A stretch of 64,000 nt of DNA from Laetmonice hystrix. Taxonomy: Eukaryota. This document shows, one piece after another, positions 45,635 through 58,004 of this stretch; the first letter of the stretch is position 1; each line of letters starts with the position of its first letter. The DNA lies in assembly GCA_965235115.1 (NCBI GenBank), contig OZ249451.1:5890001-5954000 (forward strand). The letters run 5' to 3'. The notes beneath the pieces are model-generated. The model was not told where the DNA came from. It did no database searches and was given only the letters and a program-made list of their open reading frames with translations. The position numbers and the translations under genes are program-made.

Positions 45635-48600
45635 ACCTTTCAGACCGAGTTTAAAGCCAAGAATCAGATGAAATTTGGTATTCCCGTATTCTCGGAATTC
45701 ATGTGTGCTTCACCAGCCGACAACCTTCGCAATTGTTTGAACGCGTGCACACTTGTCGTGTGCAGGACTTGTAGCTCCTGGAGCCACGCCTCCGTGTGAT
45801 TTGAGCGAAGGTCCCGTGAATTGAGCCTCAAGGTAATATTTGTAGGAAATGGGTATCTGGCGTTTAGTTGCCTGTAAAGGATTATATGGTATGGTGTCGT
45901 GAACAGAGAGGACAATATAGTTAACAGGCCACTATCTTCGCTCAGCCTCCCACCCACCTCTCATAGCACCACGCTTGGTGACGCAGAAAGGCGTTAAGCA
46001 ATCTTTTCTTCGGAAGTTTGGCAATTCACCGACTCTAGAAATTCCGATCCCTTTCCCCGCAAATCGCTACACTTGGGTGACTGTCAATGTTGGGATAGCT
46101 TCGCCTAAACTGCGAGGGATCACGATGTCTCAATGACTGAGACTCCGTACAAGCCTCCACCGACGTGGAAACAGTCCCGCGTGTCTCGTATATAAAGATG
46201 GAGCCGTGCCCAGAACGTGGCGACGTTCTACGAAACCGTCTGCGGCGTCCTCGCTAATGGCGCGTTCCATCTGTGTGGTTGGAAACGGGCCGAGCGCCTG
46301 CGCATTGCTTAGATATAATTGGTGGACCACGCTTCAGCGATTTTCGATGGGGAAAAAAGAGCCAGTCGTCAGCGTTCGTTGATACGTGCTATTTAACCAA
46401 AAGTAACAGGTACGTTACAACGACAGACGACAGTGAAGCAGCTATAGCAAGGCGTCCCGCCAATCTCCTCTCTTTAGCCGACTTCTATAGAGACACTCTC
46501 CATGCCATGGAGACCATGGAGATGCGGCGGTAGTCTCGTGCAACTTATGACTAAGGATAGAAATATGATTCTTCAGTGAGGAGACAGAGGAAGTGTATCT
46601 GTGTGACCAATCAGAACGTGGTGGCGATGCTATAGGAATCAACAGGTAAGATAGGTTTCAACTTGGACATGATTGCCTCCAAACGTTGCAGATTTTTTTT
46701 TTTTTTTTTTTTTTTTTTGACAGGGGTTATGAGTACTGAGTACTCGGCTTAATTCCGTCGTCCTCATTGGAAGGGGGAAGCATCTAGGCCCCCTAAGGAC
46801 ATGCCTCATAGGCCTCCGAGTTGGCTCCCCTTTCAGCCAACGCGTTCTATGCGCAGGAGTTAAGCTCCCACGACTTATGACATCATGACAGTAGATTCAT
46901 CAAAGTATAGAGCGTCTATACCAACGTACCATATGCCTGAACATTGCCCGTCGGCACACGGAGCGGTACTTTCACTGACCAGTCAATTGAAACAGTCTAG
47001 AAGCCAGACGAAAAGTCAGCTCACATGGTCATACTCAGGTCGGATGGATAACGGCTCTGTGAATTAGCCCCCCCCCCCCCTCTGTCTCGTTCTGTCTGAA
47101 GATGTAGGCCTAACGGGGAACTATCACAATGTGTATAGGACAGTCTAGGCGATATGCACTATATGTCCCGAAACCTGATTTCAACGAAACACATTTTACG
47201 GAGCGCCTTAAGCTACAGATCACTTGGTCGCAACTATTTATCACCTATTCCTGGCCCAGTCAAAGACTTACGGAGTATGTGGGGCGGAACACTTTTAATA
47301 TTTCTAACGAGGGCACAAACTGACACCGTAAATCTGTTTGAATACCTCATTCAACCTTTACGTATACTTGACATATAGGATGTGCAGCTGGTGGATGTGC
47401 AATGTCCATAACTTCATGGGTAACGGTTAATAAAAATTCACGATTCTATGGCGTGCTTGGGAGGAATTCGAGACCTTGAACTCATTACAGCTTTGAAACT
47501 TGGACTCACAATAAGACGGACCATAGCCGTGACTCTATACATGTACTTTACATAAAAAGAACTCTGCTATTCAACTTCAGAATCTCGGTTTTTGCGATAG
47601 TAATTATGGGAGAAACCTATACATTTTGTGTTCCTAAAAACGTCATTCCGCTGAATTCGTTGTACAGTATCCACCCAATTCCAGGACATGGTCATATATT
47701 TTAACAAGGCAGGAGGAAACCATACTTTAATGAAGATACCTCTGGTGATTTATAGGAGGAACATATACATGTAGATAGAAATTAGATCGGTATAGATTAT
47801 GCCGGGTGGCAGTTTGGCAACTGCCTCGAGTACTGGGACCAGTCGCCTTTTCAACCCCTACCATGTGCATACAACTGGTTAAACTGGCACAAAGTGTGGG
47901 TATCTTTGTTCCTATATTATGGGGACAAGCCCGTTTACCAATTAGTGTGCTATATAAACTGGTCGGCTGACGATAGCGTCACCGTAACGCACCAAATATT
48001 ACGAGAGCATCACATCAATAACCAAGGTTATGTAGGATTCCTTTCAAGAGGGCAACTATAGGTGTTCTATATACAGTCAACCGAATTACCCTTTTCTCGA
48101 ATGCTAAATAGGCCATAATGGTTATAAATTGTTTTGGGTCTTTACTTTAGAGAACACTAAAATTGCGATTCAAATTGTATGAGGTGCATTGCCTTCAACC
48201 ATCAATGGCGAAACACCTTTACGATTTAGTATCGACGCGTTTATAGAATGTAGGCACTACAAGCATTTGGTTTTGGAGTGACCAGAAACATTCAGACGTT
48301 TGAAACAAATTATAACTGCTGTCCAATTTTCTTATGATTGCGGTCAGCCCTAAACAAACAAAAACACAATATAAGGCTAACGGGTTGGGTTGGTTTACAC
48401 CTTGTCGACAACGTAACCCCCATCTTTATGGCGACAAGGAAGGCGGCTTTGTTGCGCTGTTGTCTATACATGTACACGTACTCAGAACGCTGATGTATAG
48501 GCCGACACGCAGTTTTGAGCTGCAATTGAAATGGTTTCATATTGCAATATAACCGCTTAAAAGTTGCGTTCCTTGGACTGGAGCGGACCCGCAGAAGTAA

Positions 48601-49861
48601 TACTGGACAAAGGTGCAATATCATGTGCCTACAAGTCAAAAACCACGTGTCAAATTAATGTTTTTTTTCTCGCTGTTTTATAGGTAGCGGTGCAGTCGGG
48701 CGCTGGATAAGGTTGTACACATGTAGGCCTACCACGACCCAGCGGGCCGGAACGTATTGAAAACGTCTCCAGAACGTTTAGTTCCACCTTCTCTAAAGCC
48801 GGTCGAAGGTTAATTACCACCGTTAACTATACGTCACCTCTGGGGTCATCGACGGATTGGAAAAAGAGAACGCGCAAAACACTTTTGAGTTGTTTATTCA
48901 AAAGTCGCGTTGCCGTCGAAGGATAACTTGACCCACATTTCCGGAGTTGAGATTGCTGGATATGACTTTCAGACCAAGATGACCCAGCGGAAGAAGATGA
49001 TGGACCTATGAGAAGATGCATGATTAGGTCATGCAGACGGCAGCGGAAGCGGGTGCGTCTGCATGTCTGGATGCGAAATGATATTTACGTATCCTGGCCT
49101 GCAAGTGCACTCGTTTTCCTGCACCGACACCCTGGCTTCAACGGAAACCTCCAGCGGATAAATAACACAACCAAACCGAGACGACGCTTCCTAACGTACT
49201 CTAAAAATCGTTGGCATATATGGGAGAGCGGGGGGGGGGGGGGGGGGTTGCACCTACTTCCATCTGGAAGATGGTTAAAGTGGTAGCCTTTCACAATAAG
49301 ACACCTTTCAGGAAAGTGGCTATTATATATATGCCACCTCTAAAGCTACGAATTCATATACCATTATATACATTGCACATGTACAAAGAAATTATGTAGG
49401 CCTCCTGTTTCAATAAAGATTTATATATCATTCTCGTCATTTGTATTCTGAGACACAGTCAGAAAGCAAGTGTAAAAATAGAGGTTAGAGCTTATCTAAG
49501 CGGTACTGTAATACGTAAAGCAATGTTAAAAGCTTCTGTAGTCATAGACTACTTGGGGTACATATCCCCTAACTTGTAATATTTTATACCCCGTAGTGGT
49601 AGACCTAGATCACAAAACAAGATTATGGCAGACTTTAATCTGCATACATGTGTATACGCTCCAAACTAAAAATCTTGCCACCCCTCCCCCTAGTATTGCA
49701 CAAACATGCTTTGGGGCACATCCCTTATTCAAATTCAAAAAGATAGAAACTTTATCCTGGGTTGACTAAACCACCATCCTGAACTCCCTGTTAGATGCGA
49801 CAGTTACTGCTACATAAGGCAGAGACCCACATATCCCTGTGGTAAGTAGACAGACAAGCTG

Positions 49862-52800
49862 TCAGTTTGCCCGCTGTCGCTTAGCGTCATACGTTTTCAT
49901 TCTGTCCTCTCTGCCAGCCTCCCACTTCTCCAGGTCATTGGCCTGGAGAAGTATTCTCATCACCTCTCGCATCATACGGTCACAGTCCCCGAACACACGA
50001 CATCCAAGGGGAGACCGCGTCCTTGGGTCTAACTTCTCACACGTCTTGTCCAGGTGAGTGCTTTGTCTGCCCAAAACAAAAGACAAACTCCTTGGTTTCT
50101 TAATACTCTTACGTGAAAACCTAAGTTATGACTGGGAGTGGAAATAAATGACAAAGCATCAAACAATGACATTAAAAATACAAAAATTTCTTATGTGAAT
50201 TTATCATATAGAACAAGTTGCCGTAATGCTATGACACAAATTGTTATCTAGGAATGTCTGTGAATATATAACTATATATATGGCCTACAAATGAATATAA
50301 TGTACAACATGTATACATATATGTAAATGATTTACATATAGAGACCTGCTGCAATGAAATAAAATTACCTGTTGCATATAACAATTCGAAGTGGTCGTTT
50401 ACCCATTTCAACAAGCTCATTGGCCGGCGTGACAGTGAGAGTGGTCCCTAGACATAACATGAGATCGCACGCCTGGCTCTCTGTCACGGCACGGTCGTAT
50501 ATAATGTCCTCCAGATTGTCACGGAAATTAATGATGGTATCCATCAGAAAGCCCTTACAGCCCTGTCAATCAAAAAATTATATTATTTACTTTAGCAATG
50601 GAGACCAAGAGTCCTTACTCACTTGTTAGAAAAAAACTGAAATATAATTTTGCAATGAAGCCCATTGGTATTGTTCTTATTATTATAAAATCTAAAAGAT
50701 TGAAAATCATGTTTTGACACAGGCCTACCTTTTCTTCACACTTCCTCCCAGTCCGGTGACTGAGCCGACACAGATCACACTGTTTGGCATTCCGAGGTTT
50801 CAAAATATCCGTCTTTCCATTGTCCTCCAGCTCCTCAAAGTACAGACTGGCATGGTCGTCGAGGACATAATATGAACGCTCATACCTTTCTGAACATTTC
50901 TCACACTTCTCCAGGAAAACATTGCCATGAAGTTCAGAGATTTTCTCCCCCATGATACCTGCAAGTTTTATACAGTTTTTTTTTTAGTTGGCTCGACTTT
51001 ATTTGGTATTGTCAATTGATGAGGTTTTACAGTCATATATATGGGCAGATATTCTGCAAGCGAGCATTTTCTAAATTTGGGAAAGGGTCATCGTTTTGGC
51101 TGAAAATAAAGTTTCTCAGATGCCTTCAGTACTGGTATGACACACATTTCAGGCACGTCTTTTATTCACATCATGTGAGAAAGACTCCTCTGTGCTCTCA
51201 CTAAATTGTTTCAAAATTTTCAGCAATTTTGGTCTTCAGTGAAAGTGATTGCTAACTGGTTTTGAAGTGTCTGCCAATGAAACCCGACTACAAAGGCTAC
51301 CAGACCCTGACTCAGAGCGACTCCCCAATAGGACGGTCAAGGAAATGATGTCCTACATGAAAATCTATCAAAGCAACAATGAGTACAGCCCATTGTGTAG
51401 AACTGATTACATAGAAAATATTTGTAATACGATCTACTACTTGTAAGTGCAGCAGATACTTACCAGCCAGAGTATGAAGGCCATCCCCATTTTGACTGAT
51501 TACATATTTCAAAAGTCCCATTTCCATCAACTTTGTCAGGGCCTCATGGGTGTAGGTTGGCCGAAGGGACTCGTATGGTACTCCCTCCTCTCCCACCTCG
51601 TCTTTCTTCTCTGGAATCAAGCTATATATACTCACATCTGTATACAAGGTTCAAACTTAAAGTACTATACATATTGATATTTTTTATATTTGCATGAGAC
51701 GGTCATGTTTCAAGGTGTGGGGCATGTGTTCTTTTTTTTACCATCTTCCACAGACTCCTGTGTGCTGAATCTCCTGCGTTTGGCGGGAGATACGTCCACT
51801 TCCTCCCGGCAGGCCATGCAGTCCATATCCACTGCTTCACGATCCTCTGACGTCCATTTCCCACTCTTGCCCCTAAAATCACAATTTTTTTTAATTAATG
51901 TTTTAGATTATGATGAAAACTGCACTTTTGTCAAAATAAACAGTAGAAAATAAACAGGTTGCGCAGCAAATTTCACCAAAAAAATTCAAGCACTTTTCAA
52001 TACCATTTTCTCGAATTTCCAGTACATGCACGCGGCAAAATCTGAGCTTGTATGGTCAATTAATAGGACTGTATTTGACATTAGTCACTGCAGATATGTT
52101 TCTTGTTCATACAATACTTTTTGTGCAAAAATAAAATGACGGAGAATAGCCGACGGCAGTTGCGAGCAGTCAAATTCCCTAAGAATTTGAGACTATATCA
52201 TACCCCAATTTCGTTACTGCCTCCCTCCCACCAAATTCAGGGATAAAATACAGGAATTCAAGCACTTTTCAAGCCAGGCCTGAAAATTCAAGCACTTTTC
52301 AAGTCGCTGCGCACCCTGATAAAAACATGTACATTTATAGCGCGCAGCGCGCGCCGCCGAAGGCGGCGCCGCGAAGCGCTGTTATGGCAACGTACGTAGA
52401 TCTTCTCAACCTCTGCCCGATCCACCAAGCCAACAACTTAAACCGGATGGTAACCGGACCGCAGTCCATGCACGGCGCCATCTTGAATGTCCGAGTTGCG
52501 GGATTTTCTCGATTGTGATTGGTCGAAAAAAATGTCAATTAATGAGAAACTCGTAAAGAATGCAAAAATATTCCAGCTATAGCCTAATTAAATTATGGCT
52601 CCAATGACTGAAGGAGAAATATGGGATCTATACTTTCACCAGCCGATCGCTGTCTGTAAACTACTTTGGCTTGTGCGATTCTCAAAACTAGTTCCCTCAA
52701 ATCCCGCTATGCGCCGCCAGCGCTGAAAGCCCACTTCCGCCGACTGGGACTTCCGGTGTCAACATCCAGTACGACACACCGCCGCTTTGTTTCCGAGTAT

Positions 52801-53813
52801 GATCGTCGGGCTCGATTGGGCTATAGATAGAGTTAGGATTAGTTAAGGTTAGGGTTAGCTCTCAATCATTTCTGTCTGATGAATAGATATTCATACTAGT
52901 CTACCTGTGATCGTTAGGCCGCAGTACCAATCCTTGGACGTAGTCGTTAGAGTTTAACATCCACCTACCACAGCACTAGTGGCGCTACCACACGCTGCGC
53001 GCTCCCTATGTCCCCGACATTTCATATTACTATATCATCTAGTTTTTTTAACAGGATTTTTAGCAGTAGGCTTAATATGCTAACCTGTAGTCTCCTATGC
53101 CTGCTGATGTAGATATACCCGCTCCTGTAAAACAAACACAATGCTCCGATGATCTTATAAGTTCAGCAACCAGCCGACCCTTCTCTCTGATCTCTTTCCA
53201 AGAATCGTGTCTCTCGGCTGTTTCCGACGCCTCTTTGACCATTTCCTTCTCTGTGGCTAACATGGTTCCGGTTTTCTTCCTTCCAGACCGTGTCATCTTC
53301 AGTACATCTTCCCAACAGGCCACATGGAAGCTAGCATCTCCATTTTTAGTCCATGACACAATCAACTTTGCCTTGATTTTTTTCAGTGCAGCTTTGCTGG
53401 GCATCACAGTGCAAACATCGACCCTGGCCACGTCTGGAGGTAAGGGCCCCTGGTGGCACTCACGGTAACTGCATCTCTCAGACTATTAAAACAAGTGAAC
53501 ACATTTTCAGAGTAATTTGTGCAAAGGGGGAAGGCAAGCCCCCCCCCCCCCTTCCTAGTCCAGGAACCACCTACTACCTAGTCCTAGACTCTTGCTTGTT
53601 GAGTACCCCCCCCCCCCCCCCCCATCAATCAATCAACAATGCACTATCAGTGCCACTGATATGGACTGCCACTGCATTGGACTACCAGTCACAACACGAG
53701 ACATCATTACAAGGATTGATTTCACAGTAACAGTGGCTAGAAAAAGTCTTTTAAACTTCAGACGGATCCAAGCTTCTAGTTTATGTACTCACCCCACTTG
53801 TATTCGCCGCCAT
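49862..53813 (-). CDS. Divergent class IV (SIRT6/SIRT7-related) NAD-dependent deacylase with a putative N-terminal zinc finger, 441 aa
   Basis: Seven phase-consistent coding exons on -: 53813-53793, 53482-53085, 51872-51742, 51610-51464, 50958-50729, 50562-50369, 50066-49862 (1326 nt). Motifs FTGAGISTSAGIGDYRG, LRPTYTHEAL, ISQNGDGLH, ELHGNVFLEKCEKC, TGRKCEEKGC, DTIINF, LGTTLTVTPA and VICNRQ. Confidence 0.93.
51955..52318. mobile_element. hAT-like MITE in sirtuin intron
   Basis: CAGGTTGCGCAGC pairs with GCTGCGCACCCTG (12/13), and there are three internal copies of AATTCAAGCACTTTTCAA. An 8-bp target duplication is not cleanly seen. Confidence 0.6.
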
Positions 53814-55136
53814 TGCTGTAAAAACTTGGAAATGGCGAAGTAATGAACCAACTAAATTGGATGTCACAGTGATACTGGCACAAACCGTTAGACGGCGCCA
53901 CTTGTGTCAGCACGGGAGGGTGTTATCGATGACATACAAGTATGCAACATATTAGGTCCCACAACATAACGTCCCACATATGCACAAGGCATAGATTCAC
54001 TTACTTAGACTTTAGAGAAGATGAATTTCAGGGCACACAGCCTACTTCAACCCCTTGGTGGCTGTCGACATTGAGACTTGCCACGTCTCCATTCAAGATT
54101 TAACAAAAATTGACTTTAAATTAATAAAATGATTCAACAAATACACAGTATCAATGTCTACCACAGCACAGAAACCAAGCCTTGACCAGCTGGAAAGAAA
54201 ATAATTAGACAAATAGTAGATAATGAGTTTTCTTCAATTTTTATTGCTGCCCTTCACAACATTCGCTGTAAGAATTTGAAGTCCACACCCATTAGCAGTA
54301 CCAGTAGTTCTTCAATCGAATGTATAAAACTCACAATTTCTAGACTATAACAGCAGATTTGTTAACTGAATTAGAGCACCTAGGCCTATACAATTTTAAC
54401 AGGTATGAACCATTCATACACTTTAAAAATGGCTTATTAAATTTCTGGACCAACCAAAGTTTGGGGTGGATCTCAAAAAGTCAATCATCGATTGTATTTA
54501 AATTTAATAAATAAAACAGCCTTTAATCAGTTCCCTATTGTATCAGTCTTTTAGCAATGTGATGCCTGGACAGGACTTCTAGTAATATTCGTAAAATTCA
54601 CTAAAATAATACAATCTTTTCAACCTCCTTAAATACTGGAAATCTGCATTGAAGCTGCATTAAAAAATGGCCATTCTAACTATAGGCGCCCACAGTGCTG
54701 TTCAAACAAGGCGATACATACTGCCATTAAGCTTATGTAAATTTTTTAAACCAAGACTACAGTATTCCATAAAAACACCATACACGGGTAATACCAGCTG
54801 AATTGGCCCTTTTGAGACTGGAAGCAAGCAAACTTTTGTGATAGTTTCATGCCCCTACAGGTACATTAGAGTCTGCCATGATTCTGATAAAAACAAAACA
54901 AACAAAAAATATCAAGTGTATGAAAATATTCAGTTGAATAGATTCACTATCTTTTATATACATGTATATCACAAGATTCTGAAACTAATCTATTTTTTAA
55001 AATTTACTGAATAAAGATCACTTACTGTCTTCTTGCCAACAATCATGCACTTTCATATATATCTTTAAATATTCACACACATGTAACGCAGTATAGCATA
55101 CAGATTTACAGGTCCATCTATTGAAGCTTGCTGGTG

Positions 55137-55848
55137 TCAGTCTTTTCCATTATGAGATCCTTTGTCACCTTTGTGTACGACAGACTTGTCATGTTTTTTC
55201 TTGTCAAATACATAGTCTTTCAAGAGGGAGTAGGCCATGCCTATTGTTATTGCACCCACTACCATGCCCTGTGCTTTTACACGGAGATGCATTAAAAAAA
55301 TTGAAGTCGACATCTTCCCTCGCTTCTTGAAGGTATATGCTCCCCATGCAATTGTTCCTAGCATTCCAGCAATTCCTGGGAAATAAAAAAGAAATAAAAA
55401 ATGACATTGTTGTGTTGCTGATTATTATCCTAGGTGTGGTAAAACTGATGATCTTCTAAGTTCGATTCAAAAATGGTGAAATGGCTTTAGAATTAACAGA
55501 GCTGACACCTTTGTTATTGTGTTCAAACCATATTATTTTTTCTATTATTAAATATTCTATATATTCTTAAATAAACTCAAAAGTGATTATTAGATGTACC
55601 TAGGAATGCTTGAAAAATAAACAAGTTTTTCAAGGACACATAAATCTCAGGAAATTTGGAATCTTGAATTTTCAGGACACTTCAGATTATCTCCTTGTTA
55701 GGGTTTTTGAACATGAAAATCACAACTTCACCAAAAAATACACACCAATGGGGACAAACGGCGCTTCCTTGGCCTTCTGAATCAGCCGCTGACTATGTGT
55801 TTCCTCAACATAATCATTATTGACTGGCACTCCCCCTGTTGCTGCCAT
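55137..55848 (-). CDS. HIGD1: HIG1 domain family member 1 (hypoxia-inducible mitochondrial inner-membrane protein), 113 aa
   Basis: Exons 55848-55746 (MAATGG..QKAKEAPFVPI) and 55375-55137 (GIAG..STSIFLMHLRVKAQGMVVGAITIGM), matching the HIGD1A motifs KAKEAPFVPVG and HMRVAAQG. Candidate 5' UTR donor GTAAGT at 56796. Confidence 0.95.
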
Positions 55849-56859
55849 GTTCTCTATATTTCTGAAACATCAAATTTTACAACAAATTAGTGTTGAATAT
55901 TCAAAGTCAAAGATATTCCAAATGGCAAATCCTACCAGAATTGCCTAGAATTCGAAATTACAATAGTATACAGCATAAGATTGGCATTGCCATTGGCATC
56001 CCTTTCCAATTCTAGGTCGAGAAAGATGGAAGTAATACTAATGTAGACTCTACTAAAACAGCAAAAGTAATGATGTAATGATCATGATGTAGGCCTAGAG
56101 ATCTAGTAGTAGTAGTACAGCCGGCACAGGACAGTGCCACTGCCCAGACACTGAGACAGAGGCACTACTCTACTCCTCCTTGCTTGACTTCACCCCGTAC
56201 CCTTGTCGTGGAGATGACATAATCTTTCTGATGACAGCAGATCATAAAGTCACTTTGAGTAGGTTTGATGTCTCCAGACTGTAGGTCTAGTCAGTATAGA
56301 CCAAGGCCTCCAAGCCAGGCTCCACCACAGTTCAGTACCGGCGAAAAAAACCACCTCTGGCTGTCATTGACTTTGGACTGCTTGACGACGTGACCACTCC
56401 CTGCTGGTATTACAGTCATGTGTGGTACCACCAAAAAACTACCTTGGCTAAATCACGAAATGCTCAGATTATATTTGTTAAACTATTAAAGAGTTAATAT
56501 TTCCCTTAAAACAACTTCAGAAATCGAAAGTCTGAGTCGTCAAAGGTAGTTACTAAACTTTCGGGACCACCACAACTTGTGTTTCGTAACAAGCCGAAGG
56601 GCTCGTGAACGGATTTTCGATTGTCATGTGCTAGATCATTCATATAATCATAGGTCTTTGCTAGAACCCATCATGCCACAGCCGCGGCCAAGTTCGTTAT
56701 TATTTGACATTGCACCAGTTCAGGTAGATTTAGTGAGGTTTCCCCCCTATAATCATACAGACATAAACAAATCTTGGAGCCTTATTCATAACTTACCTTA
56801 ATTTCGAAATAACTGCCTTATGTTCCACCACTTGTTCACAAGTTTCTACTTCACCACGC

Positions 56860-57310
56860 TGGGAGGGGATTCCACTTATACCGAAGGGAACCGGCTGTCA
56901 ATGACGTCATACCATGACGTCACTGGAGGTCAAGGGATTGCCCCAGCCCATCCCCGTCCTGTTCATAAAATCATGGCTAAAAAAGATGACTTAGAATAAG
57001 CGAAATAGGAAAAGAACGAAGACGTTGAGTCCTAACCCTAAACAGACCCAGTTTCAATATCATTTTAGTATTGCTTTTTTAACCATATCTCGGCTCTCTG
57101 GCTCTGGTCGTGGACTTTACACTGGTTCCAAAACTACCACGCTACGCTGCTCCGCGCTGTGGTGAAGTGGTGGACGCGGGGACCCGTCTACGGATACGTG
57201 AGCTGTGGTGAGCTGTCCGGTCTAGTAACCGGTAGGGGGAGTCGGGTCATTACAGTTGTGTCCGTGAGGTGGCGCCAGTGTAATACTGAAATTACTTCCG
57301 GTTCAATGTG
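56860..57310. promoter_or_regulatory. Candidate bidirectional promoter between HIGD1 (-) and STK11IP (+)
   Basis: Divergent genes and CpG-richer DNA. Two perfect CRE palindromes TGACGTCA (56902-09, 56915-22) and an ETS/GABP-type ACTTCCGG (57294-301). Confidence 0.6.
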
Positions 57311-57928
57311 GATCATGAGAAGATGGTCACTTCAGATTGAGGTCTGATCAACTTGGACATGTTGAAATGAAAGGGAGTCAGTGGTCAGCAAGTAATGCCA
57401 TTTGATTCCGCCATTTCATCCATATTTAGAATGAGAATACGACAGTGTCCCGATGAGTCACATTTAGAGTGAAGATCGCAAACTTTCCGACTTCGTTTTC
57501 AGTTCAGATTCAGTTTTTTTTGTCTGAGTTCTGTTGTGTTGTTGGCCCTGTTCAGGTTGTTATTGAATGTTTGACCCCAGGCCACCTTAGAATAGATTTG
57601 CCTTGCCTTTGTTTGGATGGCCAGTTCTAAGTTTGGTGTGGGCGGGGGAGTAGGTAAGCTCTAAGAAGGCTAAATACGGTCGGTCACATGCTGGCCTAGT
57701 TCAGTTTCTAAACGGTGTCTGATTATAGGAGTAGGACTCTGTCTAAGTTCTGACTTGTTGGAGTAATGCTGGCCAGTCTCGTGACATGAGTCTAGACCTG
57801 AATCTAAAAACAAAGACTATGATTAGTATGAATGTACAGCAATACCATGAACACATACGATTTGTCTGAAATTGAGGAATACAAAACACAAGATTGTTGA
57901 TTGAACTTGGCGATTGTGTTCACACAAG

Positions 57929-58004
57929 TACAGCCTCTACAGGTGGTGTTTGTTTTATTACAGCCTCTACAGGTGGTGTTTTACAGCCTCTACAGGTGGT
58001 GTTT
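57929..58004. repeat. Three copies of a 23-bp unit upstream of the STK11IP start
   Basis: TACAGCCTCTACAGGTGGTGTTT at 57929, 57959 and 57982. Confidence 0.95.

Noticed and set aside
46257-46382. MARSICVVGNGPSACALL resembling a Rossmann/FAD-binding start
   Set aside because: The frame stops after 41 codons, before the nearest good donor (46409), and no downstream oxidoreductase exons were found. Probably chance.
48840-49290. Overlapping short ORFs downstream of the sirtuin
   Set aside because: Frames are interrupted, with no family motif and no splice-phase support.
52847-52858. Interstitial telomeric repeat GGTTAGGGTTAG
   Set aside because: Only two units, too short to be meaningful.
33735-53813. 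cGLR plus sirtuin as a CBASS/Thoeris-like sensor-effector pair
   Set aside because: They are 14 kb apart. The sirtuin keeps the HG deacylase motif, zinc domain and an ordinary intron structure, unlike bacterial Sir2 NADase effectors. Nothing in the sequence links them.
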